Below, piece after piece: positions 1-10,347 of a stretch of 20,000 bases of DNA. The position numbers and the translations under genes are program-made. The notes under the pieces were generated by a model, which ran no database searches, was not told where the DNA came from, and was given only the letters and a program-made list of their open reading frames with translations. Numbering within the stretch: the first letter of the stretch is position 1; each line of letters begins with the position of its first letter. The stretch is taken from NCBI GenBank assembly GCA_000182565.2, contig KQ257458.1, one strand, 5' to 3'. This DNA comes from Spizellomyces punctatus DAOM BR117. Lineage: Eukaryota.

Positions 1-1
1 C

Positions 2-478
2 AGCACAGTAGCCATTTTCGGACCCAGACGACGAAGTGTGGCTGATGCATGGTCAAAACGGAAAGAGCCGGTTATTGGATCATCTTCCAATTCTCCTTCC
101 ACAACCATCCAGGAACCTCCATCAACAATATGCAACCATACATCTCAGGTCCCACGGGACTGGATCGTCCCACCACATCTCCTCGCTCGATTCCAGTCCT
201 TCCATGATACTTTTACGAGTCGGAACGCGCCGCTAGAAGTTAACCTCCCGTCGTCAGTCGCAGACGTAATCCGCCAGGCGTTCATGAAGAGAGGATCCAT
301 TCATGTAGGAATCTTTGATGAAGCAGCAAAAGAAGTTGTTTGGAGCATGTTTGGAAATACTTTTCCGGCTTACTTGAAAGCCAGGGAAGAGGGGCCAAAG
401 TGCACGGACCCAGATCGGTGGTGGAAAAGGTTTTGGGGTTGGAGACCAGGGAGAAGAAGAGCCGGTGTTGATGTGTGA
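2..478 (+). CDS. 3' part of a host gene ending in an RGS (regulator of G-protein signalling) domain; 5' end lies outside the window
   Basis: Frame is open from position 2 to TGA at 476-478. The peptide FHDTFTSRNAPLEVNLPSSVADVIRQAF...IFDEAAKEVVWSMFGNTFPAYL fits the RGS C-terminal pattern (APxEVNL/I...IFDxAxxEVxxxMxxNTFPxFL). Confidence 0.75.
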   Translation, partial: STVAIFGPRRRSVADAWSKRKEPVIGSSSNSPSTTIQEPPSTICNHTSQVPRDWIVPPHLLARFQSFHDTFTSRNAPLEVNLPSSVADVIRQAFMKRGSIHVGIFDEAAKEVVWSMFGNTFPAYLKAREEGPKCTDPDRWWKRFWGWRPGRRRAGVDV

Positions 479-572
479 CGGGACGAGGTACCCGGGAAGG
501 AGGAAGGGTCTTTGTAAGAGTAGTGCGACTTGCTTTAATTTATTTATACGATTAGTTACAATAGAATAACTT

Positions 573-660
573 AAGTTCCTCACCAATTAGTGTATTAGCA
601 AAAACAAATGTCAGTGCCTCCACACCAGGGAATAAACCGGCGACAACCGGTTCGGAAAAG
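573..660 (-). ncRNA. Putative Fanzor1 omega-RNA: about 73-nt scaffold (660-588) plus about 15-nt flank-derived guide (587-573, ATTGGTGAGGAACTT)
   Basis: Starts about 20 nt downstream of the Fanzor stop. Minus strand reads CTTTTCCGAACCGGTTGTCGCCGGTTTATTCCCTGGTGTGGAGGCACTGACATTTGTTTTTGCTAATACACTA. It has hairpin AACCGG/CCGGTT and stem TGGTGTG/TACACTA, and ends in CACTA. Position, length and 5' part agree with the SpuFz1 omega-RNA as I recall it. Guide length is assumed by analogy. Confidence 0.75.
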
Positions 661-2078
661 CTAATCTAACCAATCTATGCTACGCTACGGCTGGAACACT
701 CCTCCTGCTGAACACCTCTGGTCTACAGTGCCCATCCAACATTGATTGCACGATCGTTAGCATATTGCAGGTTGACAGCATATCTCGATTCCAGTAGCGC
801 ATCATCCAGGCTTGCTGCAAACAGTTAGGGTTGGCACAACCCAGCAATCCATGGACTTTTTCAATCTTGCCTTTGTGACGGCGCCAAGGTCTTGAATGAG
901 GTCATTGTTTGAAGCCTTTTTCAATGCCAGAGGAACAGTGAGGGCAGACAGATGAGGTCTTGTACTCATCAAGGAGGAAGCAGTTGATTCTGTTCCACTT
1001 AAAGAGGGTGTGCCAACCTTTCATCTTTGATGAGGTATGAAATCTTGCAGTTCGACCGGCATCACTCCAATCACCCATCACAATGGTAAAGTTCCCAAAC
1101 TTGTCACACAAGTTGGATATGAGGTTCGATTCACTCTTCTGATGGTTTATAAATGCATGCCACTTCCACCACATGTGGGCAGGATGCGAATAGAATTCCT
1201 TGCGACAATCCCAATCAGCGTGGCAAACAAGAAGGTAGCGAGTGAAGTCCATGAGGTTCATTGTTTTGTGGGATGGTATTCGTGATTCTATGAGATCAAC
1301 TCCAGCTTCTTCCTTCATTGCTTCTAGTCTCTTTGCAAATCGACAGCTTCCAGTCTCCATGGCTCACTGGTTGGTGGTGTAGCGAAATGTCATACCATTG
1401 CTGTCTTGGCAGTAGAGAATGTCATGCTTGTTTGGGTCAATAATGATGACATTCTCTGCTGCTTGACAAGCAGGTAAGTTGTTCTCCACATAAAGCACTT
1501 TGGCCTCTGCCACCACCATGTTTGCTGACTTTCTTGCTCCATGCTTTCCATACTTGTCTGCTTCTGGGTGCTTTAGGTATACAGATACCGAGGTTCCATC
1601 TGTCATGATCGAGCCTTCAAACTGCATACTGCAGCGAGACCGAAAAGCTTTGGTACATAGATTGCAGATGTGCAACCATAAATCAACCTTCTCTATGGCT
1701 TCTGCTTCTCGTCGTGTGATGCAAAGAACATGAGAGTAGAGGATGATGGTGTCGATCCGCACATGGCTTTGGATGAGGGAGCAGTGAAGTGGGATGGCAC
1801 TGAACTGTCGAAATCCATGCTTTTCATATAGGCTTGACACCCAACAGTATGCAGGAAAGAACATGAGAGGGTCTACAGCAATGGAATAGTGGCTGGTCAT
1901 CAGAAAGGGGAATGTTAAGGGACCAAATCTCTTCTAGAAGTTCACTCTCTTCAGCAGTCAAGTCATCCAGCGATTCTGGCATGGTTTCGAAAAGGAAAAC
2001 TGACTTTAAATAGCGTAGCTGAGTAAAGAAAGCTTTCTGTGCATCGCTTTTCAGTGGCAGCTGCCCTTTCCATCCCTT
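588..2078 (-). mobile_element. Fanzor1-carrying DNA transposon remnant (Spu-1-like): right end present, left part missing
   Basis: Fanzor ORF remnant plus omega-RNA ending at a TA (588-589). Coding similarity stops abruptly at the LTR TG at 2079. Confidence 0.8.
680..2078 (-). pseudogene. Fz1: Fanzor1 (eukaryotic TnpB-like RNA-guided RuvC endonuclease), SpuFz1-like, N-terminally truncated pseudogene
   Basis: Manual translation: KGWKGQLPLKSDAQKAFFTQLRYLKSVFLF... [frameshift near 1890] YSIAVDPLMFFPAYC...IIIDPNKHDILYC (RuvC-I)...TTNQ*AMETG...VMGDWS...LLDEYKTSSVCPHCS (RuvC-II and Zn finger)...FKQ*PHSRPW...VHGLLGCANPNC...YWNRDMLSTCNM (RuvC-III)...RPEVFSRRSVPAVA* with TAG at 680-682. There are two in-frame TGA stops (1364-1366, 902-904) and one frameshift. 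Confidence 0.93.
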
Positions 2079-2678
2079 TGTAATGGATTTTTTATAGGTA
2101 GACTATGGTAAAGACAACTTGGGTCTCCTAGCAGGTTGTGTGGGTGTCCGTACTAGGAATCATAGTCTCCGAATCCTTTCTTTGGGCGTTGGTAGCGACT
2201 TAAGGGTGAGAGGCAAGGAGAGTCAGTTAGTTGTGAACCGAGCAGGATTTAGAGGCTTCTGTGTGGGTGATCAGGCTGTTGAAGCACTCTGTTAGGTTCC
2301 TGTTAACCTAAGATTGGAGTTGAGAAGCTAGTTGTGGGGATTTAGTGTTGCTACGGCTTCTGCCCACGACTTATTTTATTGAATACATCCTTTTTATACA
2401 AGATTCTTGGATAAACTGTTAAACTAAACTAAACTAATGGGTGCCGCTGCATCGCAACTGATTTATTGGTGGCAGTACCGATCTCTTCCTTTTCCACACT
2501 GGCTCGGGCCTCCACAGGTTGTACGAGGCATGCTGAAATCTAATGTGCCAATTGCCATTCTCCGAACCAGTTTTTTCAGTTGCGGTAACCCAATCGGTGG
2601 AGTTGGTCACGCGATTCGTGCTTCCCGCGTCCGATTTGGGCTTACTCATGATCTCTCGAAGACATCCTCATCATTACA
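2079..2678 (-). repeat. 3' LTR of element 1 (600 bp)
   Basis: Ends TGTAATG...CATTACA form a perfect 7-bp inverted repeat and abut the PPT. Segment 2079-2403 matches 10348-10672 with about 24 differences in 325 bp by manual count. TATA-like TATAAAAA on the minus strand at 2391-2398. Confidence 0.88.
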
Positions 2679-2688
2679 TCCCCCCTTT
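2679..2688 (-). other. Polypurine tract (AAAGGGGGGA) of element 1
   Basis: Directly precedes TGTAATG on the minus strand. The same junction recurs at 11129-11145 on the plus strand. Confidence 0.85.
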
Positions 2689-2735
2689 GAAGAGCCAACG
2701 CACCGGCGCTCCGAGCGGGGGTGTTGGGATGTCAA

Positions 2736-3104
2736 TTACCAGGTCGGTACCGGATCTGTGGGGTCCGCTTCATCTGCATCTTGGTTCACGACCCAGATGA
2801 TACTGGCACGGCCACTGATGTTGCAACAAAACCAGATTTGATCTGTTGCGGTATGAACGATGGTACCTGGGGTCACGTCAGGGCCAGTTCTGGTTACATA
2901 GAGGGCCGTAAAGGTCTCCGCGGCCCTTTTCAGGTTTGTCACGCGGAAATGGTACTCTGCATGCTCGTGATGTCGGGGTCTGGTGAGCCTTGCAGAGGCT
3001 TCCGCTGCGTTTGCTGTCCTTAGGAGCACCATCCTAGCTGCTTCAATGATGGCAGACGCAAACTCGTGGGCATCATCGTTCAGCCAATCGGTGAACGGAG
3101 CCAT
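2736..3104 (-). CDS. Hypothetical ORF (122 aa) between pol and the PPT of element 1, possibly the 3' part of a frameshifted accessory ORF
   Basis: ATG-initiated open frame. Its C-terminal VTRTGP...DPVPTW* is also open in the inverted copy (10920-11081). No recognisable domain. Confidence 0.35.
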   Translation of the reverse strand: MAPFTDWLNDDAHEFASAIIEAARMVLLRTANAAEASARLTRPRHHEHAEYHFRVTNLKRAAETFTALYVTRTGPDVTPGTIVHTATDQIWFCCNISGRASIIWVVNQDADEADPTDPVPTW

Positions 3105-3201
3105 TTTTCGGCTTCCTGCCTCGTGTTGGGGAACCCCGCGGTCAAGCCAAGCGGCGCACGGAGCTGGGCGCCCTCTTTTTCCGGGTTTTTCACGTCAGCA
3201 A

Positions 3202-6200
3202 CTATTCCAACCACTGCTTCACCACCATCGGTGGCCTTGCTGTAGGGGTCCGCAATGTGGTTTGTGAGGGGCTGGCCCACCGCGTAAGGTTTCGGAGCGT
3301 CAACTCCCAGCCAAAACTCATGCCCTGGAGTCTGCAGCGGCGCGTTGGGGTTGGTCCGAAGCTGATGAACCCAGGGTGAACCCAGGTAGCGATCGCAACC
3401 CCAAGGCGATCCAGCACGCCCTCGGCCTCGAAGTCACCTGAGTCTTCCTCCCAAGGGTAGCCAGACATGTACATGGAGGGTATGCTCACTCCTGCTTGTC
3501 CTCTGAGATCAGTGTTCATTGTGTTAGAAATGAAAGTTTTAGTTTCAGTGTCAATAGAAGGGGTTTGCGAAGCAGAGTGAGTGTGTAAGGGAAGTAGGTC
3601 ATGGGCGGTTGAAGAGGAACAAAGAGGGGGAGCATGCAGGGGCGTCCTTTTAAGGTCGTCACCGGCTGATTTTGACAGCTCAGATGCACATAAGCGTGAT
3701 CGGGAGGCTTGGTGTGGCATTCTCGACTGGTGAGGTAAGCCACACAAAACTGGTTTTCTTTCTGGTGAGAGGGCGTGATTATCACGTGAGCTATTGTCCG
3801 GATAAACCGCGAAGCATTGGTGGTCGGAAGCATAAGCCGTATCTTCCGGGGTGTCGCCTGCAAGGCTGACTACCAAAGAGTCCTCTACTAGCGCGCTAGT
3901 GGGAGCTCTGGATCTCCAGTACTCTTCTAAGGCTTCAGAAGCCTCTGTTAGGGCTTCCTCTGGTTCCCAGGTATCCTCATGGGGTGGGTATCCAGACCAA
4001 CATATTTGAAATTGACGTTTTCCATGCCTGGTTCAATGGTCTACTATCACTTCCACTTCAAACTCGCCCTCTGAAGCGTCGGAATCCTCCGCTTGTGCTT
4101 CTGCAACCTTTTCCTCAGTTTTGGCGTTGACAGGCTTCTGGTACAGATGTAATTTTGATATGTGAAACCATGGATGAAGTCGTCTCATCTTGTCTGGCAG
4201 TTTTAACTCATAGTTGTCATGGAGAGGGTTACAGTCGGTCACCGTGACTGGTCCCAGCCATTTTGGGGCAATCTTGGACTCATACCCTGCTAGGTTTTTT
4301 GTGCTCAGAAGCACCTTATCTCCTCTCCGGAACTCCAAATGTTGTCGTGATAAATCATAATATCTTTTCTGCAAATCCTGGGCTTCGATCATCAGATCTC
4401 GGATAAGGATGTTTAGGTTGCCGAGGTGTTTACAGAGCTCTTCTGCATCTGCATTTCTGGTTTCTGATGGCCTTTCGACGATATCCACCAGTGGATTGTG
4501 GGGCTCATAGCCTAGGTCCATTCTGAATCATGTCATTTTTGTCACCTTGTGTACTGTATCGTTGATAATGAATTCTGCAACCGGAAGAAAGGTGTCCCAG
4601 TCATCTAATCATGTGTTGACCATTGTGGTAAGGACCTGCAAGACCATTGCTTTGTCTCTCTCTGATTGTCCATCACCTTGAGGGTGGTAGGCTGTGGTGA
4701 GCTCTTGATTAATCTTTAGGTTTTTGCAGACCTCCTGCCAAAATCAACTCGTAAACTTGGGGTCATGGTCCAAGATAATAGTCTCCGGAATGCTGTGCAA
4801 TGGGATGTAGCATTCTATAAAGAGTTCCGCGACCTGAATAGCTGTCGCAGTGCTCTTGAGGGGCCATACGTGGATCCTCTTTGAGCATTTACATGCTATT
4901 AGCCAAAAGGCATCGTACCCTCTGGAAGTAAGTGGGAGCTTGGTTACGAAGTCAGTCGTGATGACTGTCCAGCGTCCCGGAGCTGGTGGTATGGGTTTCA
5001 GCAACCCCGGAATCAGTTGCGGTACCCTTTTTGAGCGTTGACAGATTTCACATCCTGTGCAGTGTTTTCTGAAATCTTGTGCCATCTTTGGCCACCAGAC
5101 TTGCGCTGCAGCTCTGGCATAGGTTCTTTCGAATCCGAAGTGTCCTCCCCCCTCGTGAAAAAGCTTGCACACCTTGGGGGTGCAAGCAGGGGGCACGTAG
5201 AGGTGCCAAAGGTCTTCGGAGACTGAAAAATGGTGCCACAGCAGGTTATCTGCACGTTGCCAGTCCTGAAGAAAGCGCGCGTTGGCTGTAGTGTAGGTGT
5301 CAGGGCTGGTCTCCCATAGGAGCGTGCGGGCCTGTTGGGCTATGGGGTGGAGCTGGCTGGTGAGGCCAGTGCGGATGGCAGCAATGAGTGCAGGCTGTAA
5401 TGCCAGACGAAAGACGGCATCTGCCAGTGTTGAGGAAGGTGCAAGAGCCACTGGTGTGGTGCGCAGCCGTTGTCTTCCGCATTCCGCCACCCATATTTGG
5501 GTCGCGGTGGAGCAGAGGAGGGTTTCCGCTCCTAGTAGCCGTGAAAGTGTATCAGTGACAATGTGAAAACATCCTGGTTTGTGAACGATTGTCATCCATT
5601 CAGACCAGTAACTAAGATTGAGGGCCCAGCAGAGAAGCTTATGGTTCTCACCTTTGTATTTAGCGAGCCACAAAAGAGCTCGGTGATTGGTAATGACCAT
5701 GAAAGGCAGGCCTTCGAGGTATGGGCGGAGTTTTCCGACGCCCCAAATGAGGCATCCGGCCTCGAGTTCGATGGGGGGGGCCTTTTTTTCTGAGGTGGTG
5801 GTGCCTCAGGAATGGTAGCACAGCAGGCATTTAGAAGCATCCGGCTGTAACTGTTCGAGCATGACATTAAACGCTGTGTAGGAAGCGTCACTGTGAAGGG
5901 TGTAGGGGAACCCTTTTCTGGGTGCGGCAAGCACTGGAGCTGTTGTCAGAGCCTGCTTGGCGGCTGCGAAGGCAGAGTTTCGGGAATCGGTCCATGAAAC
6001 TTCACACGCAATAAATCTGCGCAGACCTTGGTCGGGGCGCTTGCGAGCAAGGCGTCCGACACAAAAGGGGTCAATGGGCAAGTCCACCAGCGATGATTGG
6101 CATAGATTGACTGCCGGTTGGTCTGAGGAGCTAGATTTTGGATGTTGCGAAACCTCAAATCGGGCTCCGGTGGCTGTGATTGTAGGGGCCACCACCGTGT

Positions 6201-9200
6201 CGAGCATGGATGGTGAATTGAGCTTTTCAGTGCCTTTCTTTGGGTCAGCGCGACCCTTTTTAAGGTCTTGGTATTCGCGAACGCCCTCTTGGATAGCATC
6301 TTGCAGGGGTCGGACGAGTTCCACGTAGCGAGGGATGAATTGGGCATAGAACCCTAGGAGACCCACAAAGGACCATAGGTCACCTATGAATTTGGGTCAT
6401 GGCCAATTGACTATGGTTGCAACCTTGTCTGGATCGGTAGCGAGACCCTGGGAGGAGGCAACGAAACTGAGAGCCGTGAGCTGGTGAAAGAGCCATTGAC
6501 ACTTGTCGAGTCTTAGGGTGAGTTTGGCTCTGGAACAGCGGTCGAGCCAGTCCGCGATGGCGTCTAGGGCTTCCGCGGCTGTCTCCGCTCGTGTATGGAT
6601 ATCGTCAACGAAGTTGTTGATATTTTGCCATTTGGAGGGACCCAAGGTGTCGTCCATTACCCGACAGAAGTGCGAAGGGGCAGTCTTGGGTCTGAAGGGC
6701 ATAAAGAGTGGTTCATAGATGCCGTCATGGAGTCTGATCGTGAGCCATTTGCGTACCAATGCATCAGTGATGGCGATTTGGTAGAATCCTTTGTTTGTGT
6801 CACCTCCCAATATGTATCGGAATGGGACTGCGATGATCCAGTTCAGGATGTCGAGCATGATGGGAAAGGGATATGGGTCCCAGGCCATGCAGTCATTGGC
6901 TCGGCGATAGTCGAAGGCTACCTGCGGGGGTTTGTCTGCATAGCGAATGATAACAGGATTGCTGGTGAAGGTTACTTCGGTGGTTCGTTTCCACCTCTGA
7001 AGCCCCATCATGGTGTCTCACTCCGTCTCGAGGGCTGTCCGCTCCAATGGAGAGTACAACCATGGCCTCGAAAGGGGTGGCAGAGCTGAGATAAATTGAG
7101 GTGCATAAGGAATCTTGGTGTAGTTCCCTATGAGATGACCCTCATAGCTGAAGGCTTGATGGAAGTGTCGTAGAATGTTGATTAGGGCCCAGACCACGGG
7201 TTTGGGTTGCTTGAGATCGACGTGGAAATGTTCCGCGTCTTTTAATTGGGCTTCAAAGGCCCCTGGAGCCTTCTCCGTAGAGTCGAGGTTCCATTTGTTC
7301 CAAAGTGTCTGCCATTCTTCTTTGGAAATGTTCTCTTTGGGGTCCGCAACCGAATTATGGGTTGCAGTGGACAGTTTGAGGCCTAACGGGGCCATTGAGC
7401 TAGCTGCGGTGGCCTCAAGAGGGTTTTCGATGAGAAAAGTTTGGGCTGCCACATGCATCTGTCCCGTGATTAACATGGTTAATTTAGACTTCTGAGCTTT
7501 GGCTTTGGTCAGCCGTGGCATTGACACATCCTTCATGAATTCGCCCTGCTTGGTCTTGTATGGCGTGCCGCGCATGTGATTGGTGTCCAGCTCATCCGTT
7601 ATGGAGCAAGGGATAAGGATGTCCAGATTCTTGAGCGTCACCGCAAAACTGGGTAACGGGGGTTCCTGAACCAAGGTTTGGAGTTTCAAATGTCCCAGAA
7701 TGTCATTGGCTAGGATGATGAGAGGTTTCCCGTATGCAATGACTCGGAAATAGGTGTGGAAAGTCAGGTATTCTCCTCCGTGGCCTTTGAGGGAAGTTTC
7801 GAGGCATACTGTCTTGGTAGATGAGATACGTCCACCAATGCCATTGAAAGCCATCGTTTCCGCATCCTGCAAATCGGTTTCGGAGAACAGAAGGCCCTGG
7901 TATGTGTCGGAAACCAGAGACTTGCAGGCTCCTGTGTCTAGTACCACAGGTGCCCAGAGCTGAGTGATGACGGCTAGCATCCAGCAAGGCTGCGTTTGGG
8001 TCTTGGTCTGGCTTTTGAGTACATCGCCTAAATCTACCGAGTAGAAGGCGTTGATGGAAGGCACCGCGACCTCGAAATGGGGCGCGATGTCGTTACTTGT
8101 TGCTTCCGTAGCCTTGATCGCACTCTCAAAGTGCTCTCTAGATTTGTCATTTTGTGGTTTTGTTGTTTTATTCTGGCGAGCAACTTGTTCGATAGCCAGC
8201 ATGACTATACACGTCCGTTCGCTCTCTTTGTGTCTTTGGAGACGTGGATGGTCTTTAACGTGCAGAAATTTGGGGTTTCCGCGACAATAATAATAGTCTG
8301 AGCAAACGATATTGCCTGTCAGGAGAAATGCCACCAGTTGCAGGTTGGCGTAAGAATCAAAGATAACAGGATCTTCAGAGCTCCACATCAAGAATTTCTC
8401 GCGCTCATCGAGCCTTATCCAGGCAAGGAGGATCAAACGAGGGGTACCATCTTCTCGGACTTTTCGCAGGATTCGATCCTTGTCAGCTTCAGCTGAGGCA
8501 GCAATGTAGAGGTGGTGGGAACTCCACGTGACTGTGTAGGGGTCGTTCCCGAGGTGCCCAGCGCCTCGCTTTGGTTCTTTGGCGAAGAAGCTGAGCATGC
8601 GGGGGTTGTCGCCCATCATCAGAGCCACTTGTGGGGTGCCCCAGATGATGGCTATGTTGTCCCAGACTCGGTCCCAGCCCTGCGTGGGCATGTGGGGGTC
8701 CTCTTCCTTGGTCACTGTGACCTTGGAAAGAGGTGCGGTCATCAAAATTGTTGATTCCGAGTGCTCGGGTGAATGAAATAATCCGATGGTGTGGAATCCT
8801 TGATTAGCGGCAGCTGTCCTTTCCAGTTCTGAAGCCGAAAAAAGAGTCTCGGTGGTAGCAGACGTTGAGTCCAGCTCCACTATGTATGACTTCTTGGACT
8901 CCTGTTTGGGTTTCCAACCTGCGGGCATGGGTGCTCCGTATGGTCCCTTCTTTCCATCTTCAGGATCTTTTCGGTTCGGGTTCTGCCAGCAGAAAACATT
9001 CCAATGCTTTTTCTGACAGAATTTGCAGGGTGCCGGTGGTTCCTTGTTGGGGTCCGGAACCATCTTCTGAGGGCCGTTGCGACCCTTTTCGGGGTTTCCG
9101 GTTTTATGTTGAGCCGTCTGCTTAGAGCCTTTGTTGGTTCCGGTCTTTTGTGACTTCTTCTGAGCTTCTGCAGCACCGCTGTAGCAAGGGTCTCGCTTTC

Positions 9201-10220
9201 TGGTGTCATCAGAGCCAAAATAAAGGCGCAGGAAGTCTTTTAATTTGGTCAGGTTCGTGACGTTACAGGATTTGACCATGATTTGGATGTCGCTGGGCAA
9301 TTGTTCGACTATTAGGTCGAAATGCTGGTCAGCGGGACATTCTATGTTTGCCCGGTCGCCATAAGCGAGGCGCCGGAGATGAGTTTTGTGGTCGATGAAC
9401 GCGAGAAAGCTGCGAAATTCTTTGGGGTTCTCATGGCAGCACACATATTCAGTTTTGCGCTTGGACTTGGTTAGGGGATCTCGGAACTCTCAAAGCAGTT
9501 CTTCTTTCCACCTTTTCCAGGTCCATGAGCGAGTTTCCTGGGCTTCCAGAGTGTAAAACCACATGTCAGCAGGGGTTTTCTTGGCTGTCATGGCTGGTAG
9601 GAGCTGTACCATCCTGGCATCTGAAGTCACGCTAACGTTTTGAAGAAGTTGGACTTTGTTAAGCCATTCTTCAATGTCTTGGTTTCTTTTGCCCGTAAAC
9701 TCGGGTACGTCCTTTGCTTTCAAGAAGTTGACCTTGGTGTTGCTGGCACTTGGATTGGAGGCACCGGACCTGGAAAACTTGGTTCGGTACGCTCCCTTGG
9801 TGTGTCCGACGTTTCCCACGGGGTTGCGGACCGTTCTCTTGTAGCTCGTGCTATGAGAGGTTGTTCAGGCAGTGGGTGATGTGCTAGGGCTTCTAAGGCT
9901 CGTGCGAGGCACTCATCCGCCACTGTCTGACATTCGGAAAGCCTATGAAGCTGTTCCATAAGATTTTGAGTTGCCAACTGCATTGCAGCAGTCGAGTGGG
10001 CAATGTCTTCTTTTAAAGCTGCCACTTCAGAGGCCATTGTGGCCAAGTTAGGGGCTTCCGGTTCAATGGAAGTGGTCCCCAAACACCTCGGGCATGTTGC
10101 GGGAGGGACTTCAATGTCCTCCGCAGGACCCTGACTATGAGTCTGGATCACAGGTGAGCGGCCTCGCATTGGTGAGCATTCGACCAGCATCATTCTCAGT
10201 TTCGTGAAGTCTGTTTCCAA
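3202..10220 (-). pseudogene. gag-pol: gag-pol polyprotein pseudogene of element 1 (Gag, Zn knuckle, MTase-like domain, protease, RT, RNase H, integrase, chromodomain, C-terminal extension)
   Basis: ORFs 9490-9819, 7018-9444, 6397-7011, 5806-6366, 4744-5700, 4033-4521 and 3202-3876 share one frame and are separated by TGA stops; 9720-10220 is in another frame. Motifs: VPEFTG...IEEWL (capsid), CKFCQKKHWNVFC, VLDTGA, FDYRRAN, DTNKGFYQI, FVDDI, HSDAS, ELEAGCLIW, HEGGGH...CEIC, ITTDFV, LDHDPKF, GQSER, KWLGP, FEVEVIVDH*...WSGYPPHEDTWEPE. Confidence 0.9.
8311..8676 (-). other. DIRS1-type/phage Dam-like N6-adenine methyltransferase-like domain, catalytically degenerate, inside the element 1 polyprotein
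   Basis: WDNIAIIWGTPQVALMMGDNPRMLSFFAKEPKRGAGHLGNDPYTVTWSSHHLYIAASAEADKDRILRKVREDGTPRLILLAW...EDPVIF...NLQLVAFLLTG follows the order and spacing of the DIRS1 MT pattern (IxxxWGxPxVDLFA..N..F..P..G.DAF...W...Y.xPP...L.K+....+IL+.P.W...P...L.L.AW.+SG). Recognised by eye. Confidence 0.6.
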
Positions 10221-10334
10221 AACAAGAGAAAAGGTTTCTGAGTAGCTACCTGAGCAGATCTCGGTTTGCGCAAGAGTTTCGGTATGACTGAATAAGGTTT
10301 TCAGCTGAATTTGAGAGGGGAAGGTGGTTCATCA

Positions 10335-10347
10335 TGCTTCTCCACCA
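10335..10347 (-). other. Primer-binding site of element 1 (TGGTGGAGAAGCA), tRNA-Ala-like
   Basis: Starts with TGG immediately after the LTR-terminal ...GTTACA on the minus strand. TGGTGGAG is complementary to the CUCCACCA 3' end typical of many tRNA-Ala. Confidence 0.7.

Noticed and set aside
254-586. 110-aa minus-strand ORF and the other short antisense ORFs across the window
   Set aside because: They overlap better-supported genes on the opposite strand and contain no recognisable motifs.
2079-2898. Alternative 820-bp LTR ending at GGTTACA (2898)
   Set aside because: No adjacent PPT. The 2678 boundary has both a PPT and a perfect 7-bp terminal inverted repeat.
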